A stretch of DNA of 64,000 nt from an uncultured delta proteobacterium (GTDB taxonomy: Bacteria; Desulfobacterota; Desulfobacteria; Desulfobacterales; UBA2156). Location of the stretch: the NCBI GenBank assembly GCA_963736855.1, contig CAVTQK010000015.1, positions 480,001 to 544,000 on the forward strand, written 5' to 3'. Position 1 is the first letter of the stretch. Every line of letters begins with the position of its first letter. This document shows positions 20,742 through 30,727 of the stretch, piece after piece. Both the position numbers and the translations under genes were made by a program. A model generated the notes under the pieces. That model ran no database searches. It saw nothing but the letters and a program-made list of their open reading frames with translations, and was not told the origin of the DNA.

Positions 20742-20752
20742 AGGATAGAGGA

Positions 20753-21244
20753 TCACTGCCCGATCCGATAGATCATGGCGATCTCGTCGCAGTCTGGAAA
20801 TTTTACGCACATGATGCAATCGGCCCATATCTTGTAAGGAAGCTCGGAGCGGTCGATTTGAATGAAACCCAGGCGTGAAAAAAAACCTGGTCGGTAGGTG
20901 AGGGCGAATATTTTCCGGATGTTGAAGGATTTCGCATCTTCGATGGCGGTCAGCGCCAACCGGGTCCCGGTACCCTGTTTCATGAATTCCGGATAAACAG
21001 CAAGGGATCGAATCTCCGCCAGGTCTTCCCAGCAAAATTGGAGGGCGCAACATCCGACAACCCGCCCGGTTTTGCTTTCCTCGGCAACAAAAAAATCGCG
21101 AATATGGTCATAGAGATTGCTCAGGGGCCTGGGGAGGAGCTCTCCCTTTTGGCTGTAATCCTGCAGGAGACGATGAATGGCCGGAATATCGGCGAGTGTT
21201 GCTTTTCGAATCAACGGCTGTGAATGACAGGCGTTGGTTTCCAT
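20753..21244 (-). CDS. GNAT N-acetyltransferase (short ArgA-like)
   Basis: LLPRPL, WEDLAEIRSLAV, FALTY, KIWADC..C. Confidence 0.85.
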   Translation of the reverse strand: METNACHSQPLIRKATLADIPAIHRLLQDYSQKGELLPRPLSNLYDHIRDFFVAEESKTGRVVGCCALQFCWEDLAEIRSLAVYPEFMKQGTGTRLALTAIEDAKSFNIRKIFALTYRPGFFSRLGFIQIDRSELPYKIWADCIMCVKFPDCDEIAMIYRIGQ

Positions 21245-21321
21245 CGTCTTTAACTAAGTCCTTTCTGATGAATTGAGAACTCACTTATATCACGTTGATG
21301 TATCAAAGCAAGGCTTCTCCA

Positions 21322-23289
21322 TTAATCCGGGGGGATCTCAATCGTATTTGGGAAAAGCGCTTTTACGGATCCCTCGAAAGGTTCCTTAGCAAGACGCCCG
21401 GTGTTCGAATCCAAAAATAAATAGACCCCGTCGTCGGGAACATCGAAATAAGAGTAGGGAGAATCGGCAAGAGCCGCTTTCATGAAATCGATCCAAATGG
21501 GGAGAGCGGCTTTTGAGCCGGTCTCCCCATTTCCCAGGCTTTTATGGATGTCTTGCCCTACCCAGACGCCTGAGACGAGGGAGGGGGAGTATCCGATGAA
21601 CAGGGCGTCCTTGAACTCATTGGTAGTACCGGTCTTTCCGGCCAGGGGGCGACCGAGTTGGAGGGCCTGTTTTCCGGTTCCCTCTTCGATGACGGCTCGA
21701 AGCATATCGGTTAGGATGGCGGCACCCGTTCGGGTCATGACAATCCGTTTTTCCGGAATCGTTTCCCATATGATGAGACCCTCGGCGTTGCGAACTTCCG
21801 TCACACATTCCGGCTTGATCCATTCTCCTTTATTGGCGAAGACCGCGTAGCCGGCCGTAAGTTCCAGGAGCGTGACATCGGAAGTTCCGAGGGCAAGGGA
21901 AAGATCCAGGGAAAGGGGCGAATCAATCCCTGCCTTTATTGCAAAGCGAACCACGGATGCCGGTCCTACCTTTTCAATGAGACGGACCGTTGGAATGTTT
22001 TCCGAGATCGCCAACGCCTTCCTCATCGTGATTTCACCCAGATACTCGCCTGAAAAGTTGTCTGGTCTCCACTCCTCTCCGAAACGCCCTCCACGAAAGA
22101 CCGCCGGTGTGTCGAGAAGCATCTGGTTTTGGGAAAAGCCGTTTTCAATGGCGCTCGCGTACACGAAGGGCTTGAACGCGGATCCCGGTTGTCTTTTTGC
22201 CGATGTCGCCCGATTATAAGGACTTTTGACAAAATCTTTTCCACCTACCATGGCCAGGATGCCCCCCGACAAAACATCCAGAGCGATCAGGGCTCCCTGG
22301 GGGTCCGGGGCCTTGATCCTAGCCTGGACCATGCGCTTTTTGACCGCGGAAAGTCCTGTTTCAACGGCTGCTTCAGCCTCCTTTTGGAGTTTCGATGAAA
22401 GAGTGGTTTTCACGGTCAGACCTCCCTTATAAAGAAGGGACGCACCGATTTCTCGTTCGAGAAATTTCTTTGTATAATCAATAAAATAAGAGGCGTGCGG
22501 TGTATCCTGAGCGGTTTCTTCCGGAATGATCGGTTCTTTGGCTGCCTGCTGAAAGCCCTTTTGGGTAATGATGCCCAGCTCCAACATCTGCTTGAGAACT
22601 ACGTTGCGTCTTTTTTCCGCTGCTTCACGATTGACAAGGGGCGAAAATCGTGACGGGGCTTTAGGTAGGCCTGCGATCAGAGCGCATTGGGCAAGGTCGA
22701 GGGACTCAGTCGGTTTACCAAAGTAAATCCGGGCGGCGGATTCCACACCGTAAGCTCCGCTTCCGAGGTAAATCTGGTTCAAATAAAGTCCCAGGATTTC
22801 ATCTTTGGCAAACCGGCGTTCGATCTGGATGGCAAGAATCGCTTCCTTGATTTTCCTGGAGAGGCTTTTTTCCGGGGTGAGAAAAAGGGTTTTTGCCAGC
22901 TGCTGCGTAATGGTACTGGCACCTTCTGCAAATTCACCGGCAAAGATGTTCTTGATGATCGCCCTGGCAATACCTTTCAGGTCTACGCCGATATGGTTAT
23001 AAAAGTTTCTGTCCTCTGTGGCCAGTACAGCCGATTTCAGCAGGGTCGGGATACGGTCCAGGGGGACCGGATTTCTCTTTTCATCAAACAACTCAGCTAG
23101 TAAGATGTCGTCCGAGGAATAGATTCGTGTGACGGCAGAGGGCTTATATTCCTGAAGGGAGCGAATTTGGGGCAGATCCGACGTTAGCGCGAAAAATGCA
23201 CCGGAAGAAGCGCCGAAAAGGCATGCAGCCAGGATAAAACACACAACCGGTATCATCCTGGCAGGTTTCTTATTTTTGAATTCCCTCAT
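21322..23289 (-). CDS. Class A penicillin-binding protein (PBP1A family)
   Basis: EDRNFY, GASTITQQ, SAFK, SEN, KTG motifs. Confidence 0.95.
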   Translation of the reverse strand: MREFKNKKPARMIPVVCFILAACLFGASSGAFFALTSDLPQIRSLQEYKPSAVTRIYSSDDILLAELFDEKRNPVPLDRIPTLLKSAVLATEDRNFYNHIGVDLKGIARAIIKNIFAGEFAEGASTITQQLAKTLFLTPEKSLSRKIKEAILAIQIERRFAKDEILGLYLNQIYLGSGAYGVESAARIYFGKPTESLDLAQCALIAGLPKAPSRFSPLVNREAAEKRRNVVLKQMLELGIITQKGFQQAAKEPIIPEETAQDTPHASYFIDYTKKFLEREIGASLLYKGGLTVKTTLSSKLQKEAEAAVETGLSAVKKRMVQARIKAPDPQGALIALDVLSGGILAMVGGKDFVKSPYNRATSAKRQPGSAFKPFVYASAIENGFSQNQMLLDTPAVFRGGRFGEEWRPDNFSGEYLGEITMRKALAISENIPTVRLIEKVGPASVVRFAIKAGIDSPLSLDLSLALGTSDVTLLELTAGYAVFANKGEWIKPECVTEVRNAEGLIIWETIPEKRIVMTRTGAAILTDMLRAVIEEGTGKQALQLGRPLAGKTGTTNEFKDALFIGYSPSLVSGVWVGQDIHKSLGNGETGSKAALPIWIDFMKAALADSPYSYFDVPDDGVYLFLDSNTGRLAKEPFEGSVKALFPNTIEIPPD

Positions 23290-23352
23290 CGCACTTGACC
23301 AAAAAAACATTGTTGTTATAAAAATACTTTTAATCAAAAAAGGAGGTTTGTC

Positions 23353-23607
23353 ATGAATCATGATCATAACCAAGAGCATCATACGTCAAATGCCCAGACA
23401 TTTGAAGAGAAATTGATCCGCCTTCTCGAGCACTGGATCAGGCACAATGAAGATCATGTCAGAACTTACCGGGAGTGGGCCGATCAGGCCAGAAACCATC
23501 ATCTAAAGGAAGCGGCAAGCCGGATCGAGGAAGTGGCGGTCATGACCGAAGCCGTCACCAAAAAATTGGAACAAGCCCTATCTTCAGCCAAGCGTTTTAA
23601 CGAATAA
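23353..23607 (+). CDS. Small His-rich helical protein, possible metal binder
   Basis: AGGAGG RBS; MNHDHNQEHH, LLEHWIRHNEDH. Confidence 0.75.
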   Translation: MNHDHNQEHHTSNAQTFEEKLIRLLEHWIRHNEDHVRTYREWADQARNHHLKEAASRIEEVAVMTEAVTKKLEQALSSAKRFNE

Positions 23608-23980
23608 AATGCAGGATATTTCCTGGTTTTGACACCGGATTTAAAACCTGCTATAAGAAAACCATTGGGGGCTGAAGATAGATATTTAGACTGGAAAGAA
23701 TACTTAAGGTCGGTGCGGCAACTGCTACACTTCATGGAACGGTTGAGCGTTTCCAATCGGGTTCTGAGATTTTTCCTGCAATTCGAAGCCTCTCATTATT
23801 TATGGCCGCATCTTGTATGGCCCTTGCAGCCGGCTTCCGTTGCTTTTTGGTTTCAAAGCAAGATCAGTCTCACATCTAGAGATTCATTTCAGGTACCTGC
23901 GACAGGTGACTCCAGGAAAGACGATGATCACCTATCGTGGGTTTCCGAAGCATGCAACTCGTCAGGCAAGGAGGGGAAAA

Positions 23981-24532
23981 ATGCGAAATCTTCGGCTCAA
24001 TTACGATACTCTGGTTAAGGTTTCACGATTTTTATTAAAATCCAAAGATCCGGAAAAGATCATCAAAATGATGGTGGAAAGCATCCAATCCACACTGAAG
24101 AGCAAAGGATGCGCCCTTTTTTTGATCAATCTCCAAACCAAACAATTAGAGATCGCGTCTTCGGTAGGGTTGAGCGCGAACTACCTAAAAAAGGGACCGG
24201 TAAGTACGTTGCGCTCCATAGCCGATTCTTTAAAGGAAGGACCGGTTGCAATCTACGATGTAAGTGACGATCCCCGTATCCAATACCCCGAAGAAGCGGT
24301 TAAAGAGGGCATCGCTTCCATCCTCTCGGTGCCAATCATGATGGGTGATCAGGTCATCGGTGCTGTTCGGGTTTATATGGCGGAGAAATGCGAATGGACG
24401 CTGGATGATGTCAACTTCGTACAAGCCCTCGCCCAGATTGCAGGGATTCTTATCGAGATGACGCGGTTGTATCAGGGACAGAAAGAATATATCGAGGTAT
24501 TATCCACCCTTATAGAATCTCCTGACCTGTAA
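23981..24532 (+). CDS. Stand-alone GAF domain protein
   Basis: DDPRIQYPEE..EGIASILSVP..VIGAVRVY; AGGAGG RBS. Confidence 0.85.
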   Translation: MRNLRLNYDTLVKVSRFLLKSKDPEKIIKMMVESIQSTLKSKGCALFLINLQTKQLEIASSVGLSANYLKKGPVSTLRSIADSLKEGPVAIYDVSDDPRIQYPEEAVKEGIASILSVPIMMGDQVIGAVRVYMAEKCEWTLDDVNFVQALAQIAGILIEMTRLYQGQKEYIEVLSTLIESPDL

Positions 24533-24621
24533 TCTCTTTTTCAATCTATTTATACCGGCTCTTTATGCGTTTGGCCATGGAGAGAGGGATTGAAGGAAGG
24601 GATGTCGTTTCCACCCGCCAT

Positions 24622-24659
24622 GGAAGGGCCGGAGCCTAGTAAGGCCGAACGGCCCTTCC
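24622..24659. terminator. GC-rich hairpin between convergent genes
   Basis: GGAAGGGCCG / CGGCCCTTCC 10-bp stem; no clear U-tract. Confidence 0.45.
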
Positions 24660-24762
24660 GTATTCGCACGAGAGGGTTTCATCCCTGCTCTTGGCATCAG
24701 TATAGAAGCGGAATCAGGGCATATGCCGTTTCGTCCGCTTCCGGCAGTTTTATTTTGCGGGG

Positions 24763-25077
24763 TTAGTAACGCCGACCGCCGCTTCGTCCGCCGCCGGACC
24801 TGGGGCCTTTTCCAAAGCCCTGCCCGCCACCCTCGGGCTTCGGTCGGGCTTCATTCACGTTAAGGGTCCTGCCCTTCATTTCTTTTCCGTTCATTCCACT
24901 GATGGCAGCCTGACCTTCTTCCGCGGAAGGCATCTCGACGAAGCCGAATCCCTTGGATTGCCCGCTGAAGCGGTCCTTGATGATTTTCACCGACTCGATT
25001 TGTCCGAAAGATTCGAAAGCCGATCGCAGATCCTCTTCGCTGACTTCATAAGATAGGTTGCCCACATAGATGTTCAT
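24763..25077 (-). CDS. RRM RNA-binding protein with Gly-rich tail
   Basis: IYVGNL (RNP2), KGFGFVEM (RNP1). Confidence 0.95.
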   Translation of the reverse strand: MNIYVGNLSYEVSEEDLRSAFESFGQIESVKIIKDRFSGQSKGFGFVEMPSAEEGQAAISGMNGKEMKGRTLNVNEARPKPEGGGQGFGKGPRSGGGRSGGRRY

Positions 25078-25370
25078 TCCAGTCTCCTTTTTTTGGTTAT
25101 ATTTCTCTGCCTCTTATCCATGGAAGCAGACGTTCAATGCGCTTTTTCTCCGATTTGCAAGGGGTGTGCAGATTCTCAGGGGATCATTTCAAGGGAAGGT
25201 CTAATTGGGCGGCAATCTTAGACTTGTCCTAATATAGAAGATCCGGTAATGCGCACCTGTCATCAGAGCATGTTTCATCGTCTATTCCACTATCGCAATT
25301 TTTGAGGGTTGTCAACGTGTCGTTTATGCGGTGCTGTTTGACTGAGGTTCGAGGGTGCCGGACGCCAAAC

Positions 25371-26615
25371 CTATGGGATCAACATGCCCACTACCGCCCC
25401 GGTCATGCAGGTAGCCAGGGTGCCCGCTATGATGGACCGGATACCCAGAGAGACAATTTCATCTCTTCGCGAAGGCGCCATGGTTCCCATTCCACCGATC
25501 ATGATTCCCAGGCTCCCCGGATTGGCGAAGCCGCACATGGCATAGGTCATTATGATCCGGCTTCGCGGAGATAGGGCGTTTTCCGGAAGACTTCCCAGAT
25601 TCAGATAAGCTAAAAATTCATTCAAAACGGTTTTAACACCCATGAGTTTCCCGGCATCCCAAGCTTCTGCCCATGGTATTCCCATAATCCATACCACCGG
25701 TGCCATGATATATCCCATCAGTCGTTCCAGGGTGATGGGTTGGCCGCCGACATTCGGAAAAAGGGCCAGAAGCAGATTGGCCAGATGGACCAGGGCTACC
25801 AGGACGATGAGCATGGCGACGATGTTGATGAGTAGTTCCACTCCCTGGATCGTCCCTTTAGTGATGGCATCCATGGCGCTGGAAGCTTCTTCCGGTGCCT
25901 GGATGGAGCCCATGGTAAGGAATTCGGTTTCCGGGATCATGATTTTGGCCACGGTGATGGATGCCGGTGCGCTGATGATGGAGGCGGTTAAGATGTGGCC
26001 CATGGAGTCTGGGATGACGGGGGTAAGGATGCTCGAATAAAGGACCATGACCGTTCCGGCTATGGTGGCCATCCCGCAGGTCATCAGGCTGAACATCTCG
26101 CTGCGGGTCATGTCTTTGAGATAGGGACGTATGAACAGCGGAGATTCCACCATTCCGACGAAGATGTTGGCGGAAACCCCCAACCCCTCCGCACCTCCGA
26201 TGCCCATGGTTTTTTGAAGGGCCCATGAAAAGGCCCGCACAACAGCCGGCAGGATCTTCCAGTAAAACAGAAGGGCAGACAGGGCACTTGTCAATAAAAC
26301 CAGAGGCAAGGCCCGAAACGCGAAGATAAATGTGGCGTCGGGAAATTCGGCTTCAAAAGGAAGCCGACCGCCCCCCAAGTAGCCGAAGACAAAGGAGGTG
26401 CCGGCGGCAGTCGACTTTTCAAGGGACAGGACGAGCTGATTTAAAGCGAGAAAAACTTGCCGGAAAATGGGAAGTTTTAATAAAAGGGCACAGACGACGA
26501 TCTGAAGGCCGATACCCGTGAGGACGATGCGGACGGAAACTCTCTTCCGGTTTTCGCTGAAAATCCAGGCAACGGCCGCAAAGGCCACCAGACCTAAGAC
26601 CCCTCGAAGGATCAT
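25371..26615 (-). CDS. Concentrative nucleoside transporter (NupC/CNT family)
   Basis: NIFVGMVESPL, GMATIAG, KTVLNEF, CGFAN. Confidence 0.93.
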   Translation of the reverse strand: MILRGVLGLVAFAAVAWIFSENRKRVSVRIVLTGIGLQIVVCALLLKLPIFRQVFLALNQLVLSLEKSTAAGTSFVFGYLGGGRLPFEAEFPDATFIFAFRALPLVLLTSALSALLFYWKILPAVVRAFSWALQKTMGIGGAEGLGVSANIFVGMVESPLFIRPYLKDMTRSEMFSLMTCGMATIAGTVMVLYSSILTPVIPDSMGHILTASIISAPASITVAKIMIPETEFLTMGSIQAPEEASSAMDAITKGTIQGVELLINIVAMLIVLVALVHLANLLLALFPNVGGQPITLERLMGYIMAPVVWIMGIPWAEAWDAGKLMGVKTVLNEFLAYLNLGSLPENALSPRSRIIMTYAMCGFANPGSLGIMIGGMGTMAPSRRDEIVSLGIRSIIAGTLATCMTGAVVGMLIP

Positions 26616-26684
26616 AACCCTTCTCTCTCCTTGGATGTAATTTCGTTTTTTGTCCTATCAAACGGCTTTTGTCACGTCAATTTT

Positions 26685-26837
26685 GATGGCATCGTAGAAA
26701 CTCAAAATTAGGATGGCAAAGTAAAAAGTTTCAGATGCAAGGCGCGCAAATCCTGAGGAATAAGGCGTACATAAGGGTACGCCGCAATGACGAAGGATGC
26801 AGTGCAACGCAGCAGATGGACTTTTTACGAAGCCATC
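26685..26837. mobile_element. MITE-like element type B, inverted copy
   Basis: 153 bp, about 6 differences from 7930-8082; AATTTT on both sides (26679-26684, 26838-26843). Confidence 0.9.
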
Positions 26838-26938
26838 AATTTTGCTCGAATCGGGGGCTTCCATATGCAAGGCATTCAGGCTTAAGCCATAGTGCACCAT
26901 TGTGAGTCTTTTGTACATCACCTGTTTCTCATCCACTT

Positions 26939-27904
26939 TCAGGCAAGATTCAGCCTTCCAATCACTAAAAGCGCGGCAAGGGTGGTCATGAAAAGCGCCC
27001 ACAAAAGAGCTGACAGGAGCATGAGGTCACAGGCTTGTTTTATATGGCAGGGCAACACCGGCCCAACACCGGAGCCGATTTCGGGTTTATGAAAAAGGAC
27101 TCCCTGGTAATAGCTGGGCCCGCCTAACGTAAGGCCCAAAGCGCCCGCAAAAGCGGCTTCGGGGTATCCCGAGTTGGGACTGGTATGACTGTGCCCCTCT
27201 CGAAATGCGGTTTTCAGGGCCGTCATCCCTTTTTTGGCGAGAATTTGAGCCGCAAACGCAATAAAGGGAACGGAAAGTCGGGATGGAATGAAATTGGCGA
27301 CATCGTCGATTCGGGCCGAGGCCTTGCCGAACAATAAATAAGTTTGGTTTTTATAGCCGATCATAGAGTCGAGGGTGTTCACCATTTTAAAGGCCATGGC
27401 CAACGGCGCCCCGCCGATGGCAGCATAAAAGAGAGGGGAGACGAAACCGTCCACCAGGTTCTCGGCAACCGACTCAATGGCGGCCTTTGAGATCTTTTCG
27501 CTGTCGAGGGTTTCCGTATCCCTGCCCACGATCAGGGCCGCTTTTTTCCGGGCTTCCCTCAACCTATTGTTTTGAAGTGGTTTGAAGACCTCCATGGCGG
27601 AATCAGCCAGAGAACGGGCGGAAAGAGAATAATATATCAACACCGTCTCCAGTATATCCGCAAAGATTGGATTAAAAAAGTCAGAAACAGCAAGGAGCGC
27701 CCAGCAAAAACCCCATGTCCCCGCGATCAGGACTCCGGAGAAAAGGATGCCGGATGACACGAAGTTCAACGGCAGGCTTCGGAATGGTCTCTCGAGGGCG
27801 GATATACCTTTCCCCATCCATCGTATCGGGTGGGGAAAAAACCGGGGATCCCCAAGAATAAGATCCAGAATAAACGCAATTGCAAGTATTTCCCAGGATT
27901 CCAT
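26939..27904 (-). CDS. cbiB: Adenosylcobinamide-phosphate synthase
   Basis: GDP..HP, IVGRDT, ESVAEN..DG, NTLDSMIGY, SPNSGYPEA; start uncertain. Confidence 0.93.
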   Translation of the reverse strand: MESWEILAIAFILDLILGDPRFFPHPIRWMGKGISALERPFRSLPLNFVSSGILFSGVLIAGTWGFCWALLAVSDFFNPIFADILETVLIYYSLSARSLADSAMEVFKPLQNNRLREARKKAALIVGRDTETLDSEKISKAAIESVAENLVDGFVSPLFYAAIGGAPLAMAFKMVNTLDSMIGYKNQTYLLFGKASARIDDVANFIPSRLSVPFIAFAAQILAKKGMTALKTAFREGHSHTSPNSGYPEAAFAGALGLTLGGPSYYQGVLFHKPEIGSGVGPVLPCHIKQACDLMLLSALLWALFMTTLAALLVIGRLNLA

Positions 27905-28232
27905 CTGTATTTTCATTTTCCAAAAGCATGAGAGGCAATGCAAAAATCAATGATATGTCCCTTGTCATCCGGAACAATTTCTTTTAAGTGGATTGCCTAT
28001 CAAATCACCCATAGAGGATCAAGCTTTGAAAAGGAATAGAAGAAATGGAAATGAGACCCGAAAAGAAAGACAACAGTGTTTGATCATGTCTTTCAGCTAT
28101 CGACATCCTCACCCGCCGGCTTGTCCGGAGCGTTATCTTTGTTTCATAAAGCCCGAAGAACAACAATCGGTCTGGAATTTTCCGGCAGGCAGTCCCGTCT
28201 CAGGGTGATTGGGACCGTCCTCGTGAAGGTGT

Positions 28233-29171
28233 TTAATTTCCGGAAGACTCCCCCGTCTTAAGGGTGTCTCGGTATTTCTGGGCTATCTGACACCCTTTTT
28301 GGTATCCCAACTGACAGGCTTTTTCGGCGTCTTTCAAGGCCATCTCCAGGTCTCCTGTTTTTTCGTGTAGGAAGCTACGGTTGAAGAAGGCCCATGCATT
28401 GTCGGGCTTGAGTTCTATGGATCGATTCAGATAGGAAAGGGCTTGGGGGTATTCCCCTCGCTTTATGTGCAGCCAGCCGATATTGTCTAAAGCTTCCCAA
28501 TAGTCATGTCGAAGGATCAGCGCATGTTTAAATGCATCCATAGCCGGTGTATCCTGATCCTTTCTTACTAACGTGCGACCTTTCCAGTAATATGCTTCAG
28601 AATTTTTCGGATCGATGTCAATGGCCTGATTAAAGGCTTCCAGGGCCGGATCGAGGCGCTCTTTCTGGTATAATTCATACCCCTTTCGAATGAGACTTCG
28701 GGCGGAAACGGTTTCTTGTCTGATGGACGGCAAAGGCTTTTTCCCGGCAAACTCACCAACGATTCGTGGAAGAGAAAAGTTGTTTTTGAATTCGGCAAGG
28801 GATTGGATCCATTCTTTGAAGGTTTGCATATCCAAGGTCTTAAAGGCATAGCACCCGGCACCGATTACCATCGAGAGGATCAGGACCAGGAAGACGGCGG
28901 CTGTAAAGTCTATTCCCTTTTTTGCCCCTTTGGACATGGAAAGAACCGTCGGAAATTCCTCTCTGAGTTTTCTTTGCGGCAGAGATGGCGGGGTTTTCGT
29001 ACTCTTAAAAGAGGAAGGGTCTTCTTGCACCCTGCCGTTTTTCATGTCGATAAGAATCCTTACCCCGCATGCCTTGCACCGGGTGCGCACGCCATTCGGA
29101 GTTCCGGCCTTAAGAAGCCTTTCATCCGGGACGTTATAAGGGGTACGGCACGACGGACAGCGAAACCGCAT
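28233..29171 (-). CDS. Zinc-ribbon (MJ0042-like) + TM + TPR protein
   Basis: CPSC..RCKAC, single TM, several TPRs. Confidence 0.85.
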   Translation of the reverse strand: MRFRCPSCRTPYNVPDERLLKAGTPNGVRTRCKACGVRILIDMKNGRVQEDPSSFKSTKTPPSLPQRKLREEFPTVLSMSKGAKKGIDFTAAVFLVLILSMVIGAGCYAFKTLDMQTFKEWIQSLAEFKNNFSLPRIVGEFAGKKPLPSIRQETVSARSLIRKGYELYQKERLDPALEAFNQAIDIDPKNSEAYYWKGRTLVRKDQDTPAMDAFKHALILRHDYWEALDNIGWLHIKRGEYPQALSYLNRSIELKPDNAWAFFNRSFLHEKTGDLEMALKDAEKACQLGYQKGCQIAQKYRDTLKTGESSGN

Positions 29172-29213
29172 AGCCGCTTCAATCCTTGATGAAATAAGCG
29201 TTCATTAGAGGTT

Positions 29214-29633
29214 TCACCGCATCGCAGCGGCGATTTTTTCTCCGGTTTTTCGAATCAAGGTCATATCTCCGGGAACAAGATCCCACTGGGTCATGGAGAT
29301 TTCAGGGCTATTGGCCGTTCGCGGAATAAGATGGAGGTGGTAGTGCATCACCAGTTGGTTGACTCCCCGTCCGTTGAGCTGAAGGACGGCCACACCGGTT
29401 GGGTCCAAAGCGTTACGGATAGCCCGGGCAATTTTTTTCGAGGCCACATGAATAGCGGCAAGATCTTCTTCCGATATTTCCCAGATGTTTTCAGCGTGGG
29501 TCTTTGGGATGATCAGTGTGTGGCCGGCTGAAATGGGGTTGATGTCCTCGAAGGCTAAGACGCGAGCGTCTTCGTATACCTTCACGGATGGAATTTCACC
29601 CTGCACGATTTTACAGAAAATGCAGTCCGGCAT
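29214..29633 (-). CDS. HIT family protein
   Basis: DCIFCKI, HYHLHLIPR. Confidence 0.95.
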   Translation of the reverse strand: MPDCIFCKIVQGEIPSVKVYEDARVLAFEDINPISAGHTLIIPKTHAENIWEISEEDLAAIHVASKKIARAIRNALDPTGVAVLQLNGRGVNQLVMHYHLHLIPRTANSPEISMTQWDLVPGDMTLIRKTGEKIAAAMR

Positions 29634-29652
29634 AAAAAGCCTCCTTTCATTT

Positions 29653-30450
29653 TTACTTTTTGTCGATGCTGTCCTTGATCCGTTGAATCCAAGATTTTTT
29701 AATTTTGACTTTCAGTATAGCATCGCCGGATTCACCTCCATGCTTTCCTGGTTTTCCCATTTTTGCAAGCCGGATCAGCTGGCCGTCTTTTATCCCTTTA
29801 GGGATTTTTACGATCAGCTTTTTGTTTTTTTGGCGAAGAAAATAAGCATACGGTCCTCCTTCTTGGGCATGCGAGGGATCCAAGACGATCCTGTCGTGGA
29901 TATCGGTGCCTTTTTCCGGCCTGCCTCCGGGAATTAGTTTTTTAAACAGATATTTTCCAATGCGGACTAGTGGTTGCGGTAAGGCTTGTCCGGGATTCCC
30001 CTCGACTTTCTTTCCGGTTGACCCGAAAAAGACGAAGCCTTTGGCGAAAAGACCCGGGCGATGCACCTGAAAAGTTCGGTAATTTGGGCCATGGGTTTCC
30101 TTAAAAATTGCGTCGAACCCCCGCAGGCCGAAGGCTTTCGCCATCTCTTCGAATACAGCCTGGATATCGGATCCGGAGAATATGTCCTGATCCGCGTAGG
30201 TTGTGCGGAAATGCTGGTGGGCATTTTGTCCGAAACGGTTTCGATAGGCATCGTATTCCTGTCGTTTGGTTGCATTCGACAAGACCGCATAGGCTTCGTT
30301 GATCCGCTTCATCCGGTCTGCGGCATGCGGATCGTTGGCGTTGCGGTCCGGATGGTACTGGAAGGCCAGTCGTCGATAGGCCTCTTTAATTTCCTGCACT
30401 GAGGCAGTCGGTCGGATTTCTAAGGTTTGGTAGTAATCCTGAGTTGCCAT
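29653..30450 (-). CDS. DnaJ-class chaperone (J-domain + C-terminal domain)
   Basis: DYYQTL, YHPDRN, INEAYAVL; VKIPKGIKDGQLIRL. Confidence 0.9.
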   Translation of the reverse strand: MATQDYYQTLEIRPTASVQEIKEAYRRLAFQYHPDRNANDPHAADRMKRINEAYAVLSNATKRQEYDAYRNRFGQNAHQHFRTTYADQDIFSGSDIQAVFEEMAKAFGLRGFDAIFKETHGPNYRTFQVHRPGLFAKGFVFFGSTGKKVEGNPGQALPQPLVRIGKYLFKKLIPGGRPEKGTDIHDRIVLDPSHAQEGGPYAYFLRQKNKKLIVKIPKGIKDGQLIRLAKMGKPGKHGGESGDAILKVKIKKSWIQRIKDSIDKK

Positions 30451-30727
30451 TTCGGGGCTTGGCCTCCTGGCGGTGGTGTTTTGGCTGTTATGAGGCCAAA
30501 GGAATTCTTCACGGTGGTTCCGGTCCCTTTCCAACGCTTGGTGTTTTCTATTTAAATGCCGTCGCGGAAAAATGTCAATGGAATAACATGGAATAACATC
30601 CCCGTTGAGGCCGGGAATCGGACCATCCTGTTGTGTTTTCATATGCGTGGGTTTATAATATAACCGGTTAAAGTGCTTGAAAAAAGAGCCGACGATATCG
30701 GATCCAAACGCCGAATGAGAGGCCGCG

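Noticed and set aside
25078..25300. Structured leader of the RRM gene
   Set aside because: Plausible, but no motif could be supported from this sequence alone
26658..27002. 114-aa ORF
   Set aside because: Reads through element B'; spurious
28045..28149. Short ORF with TGA-Ser-Cys as a second selenoprotein
   Set aside because: No recognisable Cys homologue or family; likely chance
27944..28232. Cobalamin riboswitch upstream of cbiB
   Set aside because: B12-box and core motifs not found
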